A DNA stretch of 64,000 nucleotides from Clostridiales bacterium (GTDB taxonomy: Bacteria; Bacillota; Clostridia; Oscillospirales; QAMX01): assembly GCA_016303065.1 (NCBI GenBank), contig JAEDMJ010000003.1, positions 9,552-73,551 on the forward strand, in the 5' to 3' direction. Numbering within the stretch: position 1 is the stretch's first letter; the number at the start of each line of letters is the position of its first letter. Positions 44,999 to 54,138 of the stretch are shown in pieces. The notes beneath the pieces were generated by a model. The model was given only the letters and a program-made list of their open reading frames with translations. It had not been told where the DNA came from and ran no database searches. The position numbers and the translations under genes were made by a program.

Positions 44999-45804
44999 AC
45001 GGTCACCAGGGGGATTATCTTCGTCGCGATCCAGACCAGCGCCGCCGCAAGCATGATGCTGTCGCAGCGGTCAAGCAGACCTCCGTGGCCCGGAATTATC
45101 TTTCCGTAGTCCTTAATGCCCCTCTCGCGCTTGATAAACGAAAACATAAGATCTCCGAACTGCGCGGCTCCGCTGCAAACGACTCCGAGCACGCATATCA
45201 CCGCCCAGCGCGGCTCCGCTCCGAATCCAAACCGAAGCACGGCGCAGTAGACCGCGGACGCCGCGGCGGAAAACACCAGCCCTCCGACGCTTCCTTCGAC
45301 GGTCTTTTTGGGACTTATCTTCGGACACAGCTTTCGCTTTCCGAACCAGCGGCCGAAAAAGTACCCGCCCGTGTCGGACATCCACGCCGCCGCCATCGGA
45401 TAAAGCACGAGATAGATCCCGTTCTCAGCCTTGAGTATCGCCACAAACGACGAAAGCATTATCGGCACCACAAGCGCAGAAAAATAGACCGGAGCAATCC
45501 CGTCGAAGCGGAGATTTCCGCTCATTGCCATTCCAAACAGTATCACGGTCAGCACAAGTATCCCCGCAACGATTATCCAGGCATCCGCGCCGAACCAGCA
45601 CAGGAGGGGTATCCCCGCAGCCAGAATACACGCCGCCGCCACCGCGGTTTTTTTCCTCAGAATCCGGGTGTTCCACAGGAGTTCTATCTGAATCAGGGCA
45701 CAGACTATCGCAATAAGCGACGAAAACCCCCATCCCGGCACCAGAAAGACCACACAAAGTATGATCGGAATACCGATCACCCCGGTCATTATTCGGGTAA
45801 ACAT
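44995..45804 (-). CDS. cdsA: Phosphatidate cytidylyltransferase
   Basis: Polytopic membrane protein with ..SDTGGYFFGRWFGKRKL..SPKKTVEG.. and ..GDLMFSFIKRERGIKDYG.. motifs. Confidence 0.85.
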   Translation of the reverse strand: MFTRIMTGVIGIPIILCVVFLVPGWGFSSLIAIVCALIQIELLWNTRILRKKTAVAAACILAAGIPLLCWFGADAWIIVAGILVLTVILFGMAMSGNLRFDGIAPVYFSALVVPIMLSSFVAILKAENGIYLVLYPMAAAWMSDTGGYFFGRWFGKRKLCPKISPKKTVEGSVGGLVFSAAASAVYCAVLRFGFGAEPRWAVICVLGVVCSGAAQFGDLMFSFIKRERGIKDYGKIIPGHGGLLDRCDSIMLAAALVWIATKIIPLVTV

Positions 45805-45869
45805 TAATATCTCTTCCCCCAGTATCCGGCAGCACCGGCAAATTTATACCCCCGCACGGAAAAGGCGTC

Positions 45870-46610
45870 TCAAACCCCTCCGAATCTTCTCTTTCTTCCG
45901 GCAAACCAGCTTATTGCCTCATCAAGTTTTTCCGGAGTAAAGTCCGGAAAAAGGGTGTCCGTGAAATAGAGCTCTGAATACGCGCTCTGCCAAAGCAGAA
46001 AGTTTGAAATTCTCGATTCCGCACCCGTGCGTATCAAAAGCTCCGGATCGGGAAGCCCCCTTGTCCACAAGCTTTCAGAAAACAACTCTTCATCTATTTC
46101 TTCCGGCTGTATCTCGCCGTTTTTAACTTTTTGAGCCAGCTTCTGCGCCGCCCGGACAATATCGAGCCGTCCGCCGTAATTGACGCACACATTAACTATT
46201 ATGCCGGTGCAGGCATCCGATATAACGCGGTTTTTCCCGATGAGCTCCTGTATATCGCGGGGGAGACGGTCGGTGTCTCCCAAAAATCTGAGGCGCACGT
46301 TTTCTTCGGCAAGCTGGGCGCAGCTGTCCCGGAGGTATTTTCTGAGAAGGTCCATAATTCCTTCGACCTCATCCTGCGGGCGCTTCCAGTTTTCCGTCGA
46401 AAACGCGAAAACCGTCAGCTGTTCAACGCCGATGCTGTCGCAGTATCTTGAGATCGTGCGAAATGTCTCCGCGCCGGCAGAGTGCCCAAAACTTCTCGGA
46501 AGTCCGCGCTTTTTGGCCCAGCGGCCGTTTCCATCCATAATAATCGCGATATGCCGCGGCATTACTGCCGCGGCTGTACCGTTTTTCTTATTTCTTCTGA
46601 AAAGAGCCAT
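45870..46610 (-). CDS. uppS: Isoprenyl transferase (undecaprenyl-diphosphate synthase)
   Basis: HIAIIMDGNGRWAKKRGLPR.., ..FSTENWKRP.., ..RISNFLLWQSAYSELYF.. Confidence 0.9.
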   Translation of the reverse strand: MALFRRNKKNGTAAAVMPRHIAIIMDGNGRWAKKRGLPRSFGHSAGAETFRTISRYCDSIGVEQLTVFAFSTENWKRPQDEVEGIMDLLRKYLRDSCAQLAEENVRLRFLGDTDRLPRDIQELIGKNRVISDACTGIIVNVCVNYGGRLDIVRAAQKLAQKVKNGEIQPEEIDEELFSESLWTRGLPDPELLIRTGAESRISNFLLWQSAYSELYFTDTLFPDFTPEKLDEAISWFAGRKRRFGGV

Positions 46611-47164
46611 TATACTTCAAGAATTTCCTTTTCCTTGGCTGCAACGACTTTGTCAATCTCTTTGACGTACTTGTCGACAAGCTCCTGGATGTCTTTTTCG
46701 ACGATCTTGAGGTCGTCCTCAGTGATCTCGCTCTTCTTCTTCATTGCCTTGTACTTATCCATGGCGTCGCGGCGGACGTTTCTGACCGTCACTTTGGCTT
46801 CCTCGCCGTACTTTTTGACGCCCTTTGCAAGGTCGCGGCGGCGCTCCTCTGTAAGGGGCGGGAAAGAAAGGCGGATTGCTTTTCCGTCGCTTACGGGAGT
46901 TATGCCCACATCGGACTGGAGAATCGCCTTTTCAACGGCTTTCAGAACCGACGGATCCCAGGGAGACACCATGAGCACTCTCGGCTCCGGAACGGATATG
47001 GAGGCAAGCTGGTTGATCGGCGTGGGAGTTCCGTAATATTCGACGTTAACTTTGTCAAGAACGGATGCGTTCGCGCGGCCGGCGCGGATCGTCGACAGCT
47101 CATAGGAGAGCGCGTCGATGGTTTTCTTCATTTTGCTTTCGATTTCCGGATAAGTGTCTTTCAT
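46610..47164 (-). CDS. frr: Ribosome recycling factor
   Basis: ..[16 protein letters not shown]..; 184 aa. Its stop overlaps the uppS start by 1 nt (TAATG). Confidence 0.95.
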   Translation of the reverse strand: MKDTYPEIESKMKKTIDALSYELSTIRAGRANASVLDKVNVEYYGTPTPINQLASISVPEPRVLMVSPWDPSVLKAVEKAILQSDVGITPVSDGKAIRLSFPPLTEERRRDLAKGVKKYGEEAKVTVRNVRRDAMDKYKAMKKKSEITEDDLKIVEKDIQELVDKYVKEIDKVVAAKEKEILEV

Positions 47165-47190
47165 GTCGTCCTCCTAAAAATCATTCAAAT

Positions 47191-47913
47191 TCAGTCTATT
47201 GTCACAAGTGTTCCGACGTCTTCACCGAGGACAGCCCGGCAAATGTTCTCCGGATCCTCCAGAGCAAACAGCAGAAGCGGTATCCCGCTGTCAAGGGCAA
47301 GGCTCGTCGCCGTCAGGTCGAGAGCTCTTAAACCCCTGTCAAGAATTTCCTTGTGCGTGATGTGCTCAAAGCGCTTTGCGTTTGGCACAACGCGCGGATC
47401 CGCGTCATAGATACCGTCGATGTTCTTTGCAAGCAGCACCACATCGGCTCCGATCTCAATTCCTCTGAGCACCGCGCCGGTGTCCGTGGAAAAATACGGG
47501 CTTCCGGTGCCGCATCCGAAAATGACGACCTTTCCGCTTTCCAAAGCGGCAACGGCGCCGCGCCTTGTAAACGGCTCGGCGATACGCTGCATATCCACGG
47601 CCGTCTGCACTTCGCATTTGACGCCTTCCTGCTCAAGGATGTCGGCAAGCGCCAGACTGTTCATGACCGTTGCGAGCATTCCCATGTGATCCGCCCGGGA
47701 ACGCTCCATTCCCACGGCCTTTGCTCCGCGCCAGAAGTTTCCGCCTCCGACGACAATCCCGACCTGGACGCCCATTGCGCTGCACTTTGCGATTGCCCGG
47801 CAGACGTTCCTGACCACATCCCAGTCGTAGCCGAACCCGCCCGCGGCGAGAGCCTCTCCGCTTATCTTGACAAGAACCCTGCGATATTTTGCGGCCCCGT
47901 TTTTACAGCTCAT
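47191..47913 (-). CDS. pyrH: UMP kinase
   Basis: ..YRRVLVKISGEAL.., ..VVGGGNFWRG.. The ATG at 47913 has GGAG 9 nt upstream. The longer ORF-track start is unsupported. Confidence 0.9.
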   Translation of the reverse strand: MSCKNGAAKYRRVLVKISGEALAAGGFGYDWDVVRNVCRAIAKCSAMGVQVGIVVGGGNFWRGAKAVGMERSRADHMGMLATVMNSLALADILEQEGVKCEVQTAVDMQRIAEPFTRRGAVAALESGKVVIFGCGTGSPYFSTDTGAVLRGIEIGADVVLLAKNIDGIYDADPRVVPNAKRFEHITHKEILDRGLRALDLTATSLALDSGIPLLLFALEDPENICRAVLGEDVGTLVTID

Positions 47914-48022
47914 GCCGACCATCTCCTTTTTGCGCGCGGGACACATACCCGCACTTTTATACTGAAATATTATACCACAGCGGTCGGTCAATTGCAACAA
48001 CCCAAACCGCCCGCGGCTTCTC

Positions 48023-50812
48023 TCAGCTTATAAACTTTATCGCCGCAACGCCCATGGACGGAAGCTCAACAGACGCGCCGTTTCCGTCGATTTCAAGTTC
48101 GCGCAGCGGATTTTCGCAGCAGTCCACAAGCACCGCCCTTACGGGACGTCTGAAAAGCTCCACGCGCGCGTCGGTCTTTTCTCCCGAGACATTGTATACG
48201 CGCACGACTATGCCGTTTCCGTCCTCCGCCGGCTTCAGCGCCGACAGCGCCGCTCCGCTCACCCTCACCGCGGAGGCGTCCGCCGGAAGGCTGCCCACAT
48301 GGGGCGTCACGCTTGCATAAACCGTGGGATGGGAAAATTTCACGGCGGTTTCCAAAAGCGCCTCTGCCCTCTGCTCCGACACGGCGACGCCAAGACGCAC
48401 ATCGTGCACGCCGTATTCCGGATACGGATCCGGATCCGTGGACGCGCGAATCAGAGAGACCGAAACCTCTTTTCCGGAACTTCTGAACCCGTATTTTGTG
48501 TCCGCCGTCAGCATGATAAGCGGAAGTCCCGGGTCCATGGCGTTTTCCGGCGCGCAGAAGCTCAGACAGGGAATGTCGTGACGGGCGGGCTCGCGCTTTA
48601 TAACGCCCATCGGAATGTCGCAGAAGGATTTTCCGGAAACATATCCGAAGGGGACGGAGAACACAAGCGACGGAATCCGCTCTTTCGAGCCGATCTCGTG
48701 CCAGTCGGCTTTCACCGCAAACTCCAGAAGCCTGGATTTTGCGCCGAGACTGACCGTCACGGTCAGTTTCGAGGCGCCGAAGGAAAGGCTGTACCTCACG
48801 CTTGAGCGCACGGGCCCTCTTTCCACCTTTTCGACTCTGACGGCTCTCGTCTCGTTCAGATCTTCGACGCGGCTGCGGTTCCCGACGCGCCATGCGCTCA
48901 TGCCGTTCACCGTGTCCTCTTCGATGTATTCAAACCGGCAGGAGGGCTCGTCGATAAGCTCCACGCCTCCCCGCGGGCGCAGGGAGACAAGCTTCATGGA
49001 ACGCCTGTCAAACCTTGCGCATATGAGGCCGTTGTCGAGAACGACGTCCTCGTCGGAGATGTCTTCAACGCGGTCGTTGCGCTCAAACCAGCCTTTTTCA
49101 AAGCTTTCAAGCTTCTTTTCACCTTCGGTTATCCAGCAGACGGTCCACCCCAGCGGCGGCACGGCAAGCTCTGCGGTCAAACGGACAAACCTGTGGTCCC
49201 AGTACCAGTTCCCGATCTCGAGGATCTGATGCGCGCACTCCGCTCCGTCAAAGCGAAGCACCTTCAGACAGTTCACGTCTCCCTGCCAGTCCCAAACGGT
49301 GATCTCCACGGGTTCCGTTCTCAGATACTCCGTCGTATTGTAGACGATGAACGCCCGGTTCCTGCCCCGTCCCCTTTCGGTTTTCGGGAGAGAAAATCCG
49401 GAATCCTGTCCCAAAGAGTAGCCCACTCCCGCTCCCTCGGAAACGGTCAGCTCTCCGCTTTCCGCGTCGAGCAGCGACACGTCGATGTGATCCCCGGCGC
49501 AGGCCATCGCCCTTGTGGACGCGGCATTCACAGCCGCAAGGGCTTTTTGAAACTCTCCCAGGGCATACTCCCTTGTCTCGACCTTTCCGCTTCCGGGAAG
49601 AATGTCGTGGAAGTGGTTGAACAGCACCTTTTCCCAGGCGCCGCCCAGAGCTTTTCCGCACTTTTCACCGGAGACCATGTCCGCGACGGCCGCCAGCGCC
49701 TCCCCGTCCCCAAGTCTTGCCTCGGCAATGCGGTTCGCCATTTTTATGCGCGACTGGGAGGTGTAGCATCCGGTGAATATGAAATTCTTTTCCCCCGAAT
49801 AAACCGGGAGCTTTTCGCGGATTTTTTCGAGGGCGGCAAAGTATTCCCCAAAGGTTCCGCAGCGCATCTCAGCCACAAGGGGCCAGGAGGCAATATCCCG
49901 TATGCGCTCGATATCGCGGCGCGTGGGTCCGCCGCCGTGGTCTCCGACGCCGTAAACCTTGAGCATTGTGTCCGTACCGTAGCGGCTGCAAAACTCCGGC
50001 GCCATGAGCACGGCCTCCGGCGATATGGAGCCGTTGTACCATTTCGCTTCCTTGCAGCACAAAAGCTCCGCTCCCGATTCCGAGCGCCAGCGGTAAAGAC
50101 AGTCCTCGTAAAAGCCCCGGCAGTGGTAATAATATCTGACTCCGCCGGAGGCGCAGATCTCCGGCACATTGGCCGAATGGCCGAAGGTGTCCGGTTCAAA
50201 ATCGATGTTCAGCGCTTCGGGATCCAGACCCCAAACTTCGGACATATAGCTCTTCGTGTTCAGAATATGCCGCGTCAGGGATTCGCCCGAAGGCATATTC
50301 TTGTCGGTTTCCACCCAGGTCGACGCCGTCACTTCCCAGCGGCCTTCTTTTATCCTGAGTTTTATCTCCTCCATAAGCCACGGCGCGTATTTCTCAACGA
50401 TTCGGTACACCGACGCCTGGGACTGGGCAAAGGTGAACTCCGGATATTCCCGCATCAGACCGAGGACAGTCCGGAAAGTGTCCACGGTCAGCCCGGCGGT
50501 TTCCTGGAACCCCCACATCCAGTTCATGTCGATGTGAGCGTGACCCACGCACAGAACCTTGTATTTTTTGCACTCCGCAGAATATGGCAGCAGCACTTTT
50601 TCGGCAAACTGCGCCGCAGCGTCGGTTATGACTCCGTCGGATTTGACGGACTCAAGAAGCGCGTCCGCGGAGAGCTCGATATCCCTGTCAAAACGCCCGC
50701 CCTGAACTCCTGAAAGCCTTGTTAAGTATTCGAGTTCGGATGTGATCCTTTCCGCCCAGTAGGACTTGCCGTTTTCAAGCTTCAGCTTTAAGATCTTTTC
50801 TGCAAGAGTCAT
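48023..50812 (-). CDS. GH38 alpha-mannosidase
   Basis: ..LCVGHAHIDMNWMWG.., ..FEPDTFGHS.., ..YGVGDHGGGPT.. GH38 catalytic-domain motifs. Length is 929 aa. Confidence 0.85.
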   Translation of the reverse strand: MTLAEKILKLKLENGKSYWAERITSELEYLTRLSGVQGGRFDRDIELSADALLESVKSDGVITDAAAQFAEKVLLPYSAECKKYKVLCVGHAHIDMNWMWGFQETAGLTVDTFRTVLGLMREYPEFTFAQSQASVYRIVEKYAPWLMEEIKLRIKEGRWEVTASTWVETDKNMPSGESLTRHILNTKSYMSEVWGLDPEALNIDFEPDTFGHSANVPEICASGGVRYYYHCRGFYEDCLYRWRSESGAELLCCKEAKWYNGSISPEAVLMAPEFCSRYGTDTMLKVYGVGDHGGGPTRRDIERIRDIASWPLVAEMRCGTFGEYFAALEKIREKLPVYSGEKNFIFTGCYTSQSRIKMANRIAEARLGDGEALAAVADMVSGEKCGKALGGAWEKVLFNHFHDILPGSGKVETREYALGEFQKALAAVNAASTRAMACAGDHIDVSLLDAESGELTVSEGAGVGYSLGQDSGFSLPKTERGRGRNRAFIVYNTTEYLRTEPVEITVWDWQGDVNCLKVLRFDGAECAHQILEIGNWYWDHRFVRLTAELAVPPLGWTVCWITEGEKKLESFEKGWFERNDRVEDISDEDVVLDNGLICARFDRRSMKLVSLRPRGGVELIDEPSCRFEYIEEDTVNGMSAWRVGNRSRVEDLNETRAVRVEKVERGPVRSSVRYSLSFGASKLTVTVSLGAKSRLLEFAVKADWHEIGSKERIPSLVFSVPFGYVSGKSFCDIPMGVIKREPARHDIPCLSFCAPENAMDPGLPLIMLTADTKYGFRSSGKEVSVSLIRASTDPDPYPEYGVHDVRLGVAVSEQRAEALLETAVKFSHPTVYASVTPHVGSLPADASAVRVSGAALSALKPAEDGNGIVVRVYNVSGEKTDARVELFRRPVRAVLVDCCENPLRELEIDGNGASVELPSMGVAAIKFIS

Positions 50813-51237
50813 CTCTTTTCCTCCTCGTGTTTTAAGATTCCCATATATGTTTCAAGTATCAGCGACGCCGCCACTGCGTCCACCGTATTCTTTCTCTTTT
50901 TTCCGTACACACCGTTGTCCCCGAGGATCCTGTGAGCGTCCACGGTCGTGCGTCTCTCGTCCACAAGGTCGACGCGCAGCCCCGTGCGCCCGGCAAGCTC
51001 CCGGGCAATGCGTTCCGCCCGCTCCGCCCGTTCGCCTTTTGAACCGTCCATGTTCACCGGACATCCGACCGCCACGGCGCCCGGACGCTTTTCTTCAAAC
51101 AGCGCGCACAGCCTGTCCAAAAGCCGTGCAGTATTTTTTTCCCGGAGCACTTCCGTCTCTCCCACAAGCGTCATCATTATGTCTGAAAAAGCGACGCCCG
51201 TCCTGCTGTCTCCGAGATCCACCGCGCAGACCTTCAT
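50809..51237 (-). CDS. ruvX: Holliday junction resolvase-like nuclease RuvX (YqgF)
   Basis: MKVCAVDLGDSRTGVAFSD.. YqgF opening. 142 aa. ATGA overlap with the GH38 gene. Confidence 0.85.
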   Translation of the reverse strand: MKVCAVDLGDSRTGVAFSDIMMTLVGETEVLREKNTARLLDRLCALFEEKRPGAVAVGCPVNMDGSKGERAERAERIARELAGRTGLRVDLVDERRTTVDAHRILGDNGVYGKKRKNTVDAVAASLILETYMGILKHEEEKR

Positions 51238-51269
51238 TTCTCCGCCTCCCCTGCTCGATTCACCTGCTT

Positions 51270-51299
51270 ATTATATCGCATTTTCGGCCGTTCTGGCAA
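51270..51299 (-). promoter_or_regulatory. Sigma-A type promoter upstream of ruvX
   Basis: On the minus strand: TTGCCA (51299-51294), 18-nt spacer, TATAAT (51275-51270). Confidence 0.45.
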
Positions 51300-51397
51300 C
51301 AGTTATTTTCCTTTTTCGATTTTTTCCGCGCGCTTCTCCCCCCAAAAGCAAAAAGCGCGCGCCCCTTTTTCCCAAAGAAGTGCGCGCCGAAAAAAAG

Positions 51398-52183
51398 CTA
51401 TTTTCGGAAAACGACGTACAGAAGCTCCGTGCCTATGACCTCTTTTCCCGCAATTTCAAAACATTTCGGAAGTCCCGCTTCAAAGCGTTCGCCGTAAAAC
51501 GCTTCCATTCCCCTGTCCCTGCCGCCAAGGGAACGAATCGGAAAGCTCACGGCAAGCTTTTTCACGGAAAGCTCTTCCATAAGCCGGAACCCGCGCCCCT
51601 TCTCCTGGGCGTCAAGAACCGGCAGAAGCTTGAACAGGAACGCCGCGTCTGCCGTTTTTTCCGGAGCCTCCGCCGCCGCATCCATGGGCTCCGCCGTTCC
51701 GCGGATTCCCGCAAGCGCAAAAAAGCGCTCTATGAGAGCAAGACTTCTCATGTCTATATCCGAGACCCAGTACTCCCTGACCGACGGCATCAGTCCCGCG
51801 CAGAACGGCGCAAAGCCGCACCCCGGTTCCAGGACGGACACGGGATTTTCAAGTTTTTCCGCCAAAAAGCCGTAAAACTCCGAAATAAAAGGAAGTCTCT
51901 CCCTTGTGGACGCGTGAAGCGAACAGATTTCCCTGAGCTCTTCTTCGGAGAGCATCCTTTTCCCGCGTTCCGCTTCTTCGAGTATTCCTGCGGCCCGCCT
52001 GTGGCAGTCCCCGTTTTCAAACGCACCGCAGAGTATATGCAGCCTGCGCTTCACGGCTTTTACGCAGTCCCTGTCCTTTTTATACTTCGCGCACTCTTCC
52101 CGGGAAATCTTTTCCACAAGCCCGGGGAAGACGAACGAATACTTTCCCTCTGCGGCTGCGGCCGCCGCGTCCTCAGCTCTCAC
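51398..52183 (-). CDS. FmrO/ArmA/Rmt-family 16S rRNA (guanine1405-N7)-methyltransferase homolog
   Basis: Matches recalled ArmA/RmtB blocks: ..RRLHILCGAF.., ..LHASTRERLP.., ..VLEPGCGFAP.., ..AAFLFKLLPVLD.., ..LAVSFPIRSLGGRDRGME..F., ..VIGTELLYVV. Start proposed at GTG 52183, which gives about 261 aa, similar to the Rmt enzymes. The upstream part of ORF-track 51398..52468 overlaps the tgt-like gene and looks non-coding. Confidence 0.7.
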   Translation of the reverse strand: MRAEDAAAAAAEGKYSFVFPGLVEKISREECAKYKKDRDCVKAVKRRLHILCGAFENGDCHRRAAGILEEAERGKRMLSEEELREICSLHASTRERLPFISEFYGFLAEKLENPVSVLEPGCGFAPFCAGLMPSVREYWVSDIDMRSLALIERFFALAGIRGTAEPMDAAAEAPEKTADAAFLFKLLPVLDAQEKGRGFRLMEELSVKKLAVSFPIRSLGGRDRGMEAFYGERFEAGLPKCFEIAGKEVIGTELLYVVFRK

Positions 52184-53285
52184 GGGCCGAAAGAAGCTCC
52201 ATAAGCTTCGTATAAAAGCGGAGGTTGTGCGCCGTCGCCAAACGCAGAGCCAAAGGCTCGCCGATGGAAAACAGATGCCGCAGATAGGCGCGGCTGTATC
52301 TGCGGCAGCAGATGCAGTCGCAGTGCTCCGACACCGGACGCGTGTCCCGCCAGTGGCGGTCGTCTTCGGGGTAATAGTGGGAATAGAACTTCGGGTCGGA
52401 AAGATCCAGCTCTTCCAGGGAGCGGCACTCCGGATTGAAAACAAAGAGGCGGTTGTGCCGCGCCTCACGGGTCGGTATCACGCAGTCAAAAAGCGTATAT
52501 CCCATCTTCCGGCAGGCGACGATCTCTTCCGGACGTCCGACTCCCATGGCGTATTTTACTCCGTCGTCCGGCATGAGCTCCGCCGTATACGCCAGAAGAT
52601 CGTAAAGAAGCTTTCCGTCCGGTCCCAGCGGCCACCCGCCGAAGCCGTACCCCTCAAATCCGATCTCTTTAAGACCTGCGGCGCACTCTGCGCGGAGGGC
52701 GAGGTCTCCGGCCCCCTGAATTATGGCAAAAAGCTTCGGCTTCGCGCCCTTTGTCTTTCTGGCAGAGAGCTGGGTCTCAAACTCTTTTTTGCATCTTTTG
52801 GCCCAGCGCACCGTCGTGTCCACGGAAATGCGGTTCACTTCCGGCGCGGCGTCCGGCGCGGTGCAGTAGTCGAGGCACATCATAATGTCCGAACCGCAGG
52901 CGAACTGGGTCGATATGCATTTTTCCGGCGTCAGGACCGTCTTTTCTCCCCCGTCGGGTTTGAAAACAATTCCGTCGGGCCTGATCTCTCCGTATTTCGG
53001 ATTCTCGCCGATAAGCGAAAACACCTGAAATCCACCCGAATCCGTCAGAATCGGCCTGTTCCAGCCGATAAAGCGGTTCAGACCTCCCGCAGCTTTCAGG
53101 GTTCCCGGGCCCGGCTTTGAATTGAGGTGGTATGTGTTCATGACAAGTCCCGGCACGCGGCAGTCCTCAAGATCCTCCGCGCCGACGCAGCGGACAACTC
53201 CGCGCGTTCCGTCCGGGAAAAAAGCCGGAAACCTGAGCGATCCGTGTGGAAGCTCCATCTCTCTGAGTTTTTCAGTCAAGTTCAA
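52173..53285 (-). CDS. tRNA-guanine transglycosylase (Tgt) family protein, divergent
   Basis: ..ILTDSGGFQVFSL.., ..YAMGVGRPEEIV.., ..LFDCVIPTREARHN.., and zinc site CDCICCRRYSRAYLRHL. TTG start at 53285 with AAGGAGAG 4-5 nt upstream. The N-terminus and the substrate-pocket segment (GFGGWPLGPDG) differ from canonical bacterial Tgt. Confidence 0.75.
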   Translation of the reverse strand: MNLTEKLREMELPHGSLRFPAFFPDGTRGVVRCVGAEDLEDCRVPGLVMNTYHLNSKPGPGTLKAAGGLNRFIGWNRPILTDSGGFQVFSLIGENPKYGEIRPDGIVFKPDGGEKTVLTPEKCISTQFACGSDIMMCLDYCTAPDAAPEVNRISVDTTVRWAKRCKKEFETQLSARKTKGAKPKLFAIIQGAGDLALRAECAAGLKEIGFEGYGFGGWPLGPDGKLLYDLLAYTAELMPDDGVKYAMGVGRPEEIVACRKMGYTLFDCVIPTREARHNRLFVFNPECRSLEELDLSDPKFYSHYYPEDDRHWRDTRPVSEHCDCICCRRYSRAYLRHLFSIGEPLALRLATAHNLRFYTKLMELLSARES

Positions 53286-54138
53286 ATCTCTCCTTAACGC
53301 GAATCGCCGCGCGTTTTATGTCGTTTTTGGGATATTTCCCCCGGGCAATGAGCCTGTCCGACGCTTCACGCACCGACGCGCCGTTCAGCACAAGCTCCAG
53401 TATTTCCGCTTCCGGAGAAACCCCGCCCCCGTCCGTTTCTCCGCCGGGCTTATCCGGTCCGAGGTTTATGACGATTGCGTATTCGCCCTTTCCGGAATCC
53501 GGATTTGCCCGCACCTCCGAAAGCACGTCCCCAGCCGGGCCGCGGTATATGCGTTCAAATTTCTTGGTCAGATCGTTGCAGAGACATATCTCCGCTTCGG
53601 GAAGCTCACGGCATATCAGCTCCAGGGAGGCCTCGATCCTCTTCGGGGATTCATAGAAAACCGCCACGCGGGCATATTCCGAATTTATCCGGCGCAGAAC
53701 CTCCGAAGTTTCCCTGTCCTTCCGGGGAAGAAATCCGTAGAAAGCGAATGCGACGGCGTTGAAGCCCGAAACGGATATCGCCGCCGCAACGGCGGAGGCG
53801 CCCGGAACCGCCGTTGCACATATCCCGGCGGACACGGCTTTGCGCACCAGTATGCTCCCCGGGTCGGAAACGCAGGGGGTCCCGGCGTCGGTTATAAGCG
53901 CGACGTCCTTTCCCGACGCAAGCTCGGCCACAAGTCCGTCCGAGCCGGTCTCCTCGTTGAACTTGTGATACGCCCTGAGCTTCTGCCGTCCGATTCCGAG
54001 ACGGTCCAGAAGCACTCCGCTCGTTCTCGTATCCTCCGCGGCGATGATATCCGCGTTCCGAAGAGTCTCCGCCGCACGGGAAGATATGTCGCCAAGATTT
54101 CCTATCGGCGTTGCCACAACAAAAAGGGTTCCGCTCAT
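53272..54138 (-). CDS. rsmI: 16S rRNA (cytidine1402-2'-O)-methyltransferase RsmI
   Basis: GTLFVVATPIGNLGDISSRAAETLRNADIIAAEDTR.. tetrapyrrole-methylase-fold signature of RsmI. ATG at 54138. Confidence 0.9.
   Translation of the reverse strand: MSGTLFVVATPIGNLGDISSRAAETLRNADIIAAEDTRTSGVLLDRLGIGRQKLRAYHKFNEETGSDGLVAELASGKDVALITDAGTPCVSDPGSILVRKAVSAGICATAVPGASAVAAAISVSGFNAVAFAFYGFLPRKDRETSEVLRRINSEYARVAVFYESPKRIEASLELICRELPEAEICLCNDLTKKFERIYRGPAGDVLSEVRANPDSGKGEYAIVINLGPDKPGGETDGGGVSPEAEILELVLNGASVREASDRLIARGKYPKNDIKRAAIRVKERFELD

Noticed and set aside
52184-52468. N-terminal 95 codons of ORF-track 51398..52468
   Set aside because: This part overlaps the Tgt-family gene in another frame, has Arg/Ser/Thr/Cys-rich composition, and has no counterpart in ArmA/Rmt proteins. 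The methyltransferase homology begins just after GTG 52183.
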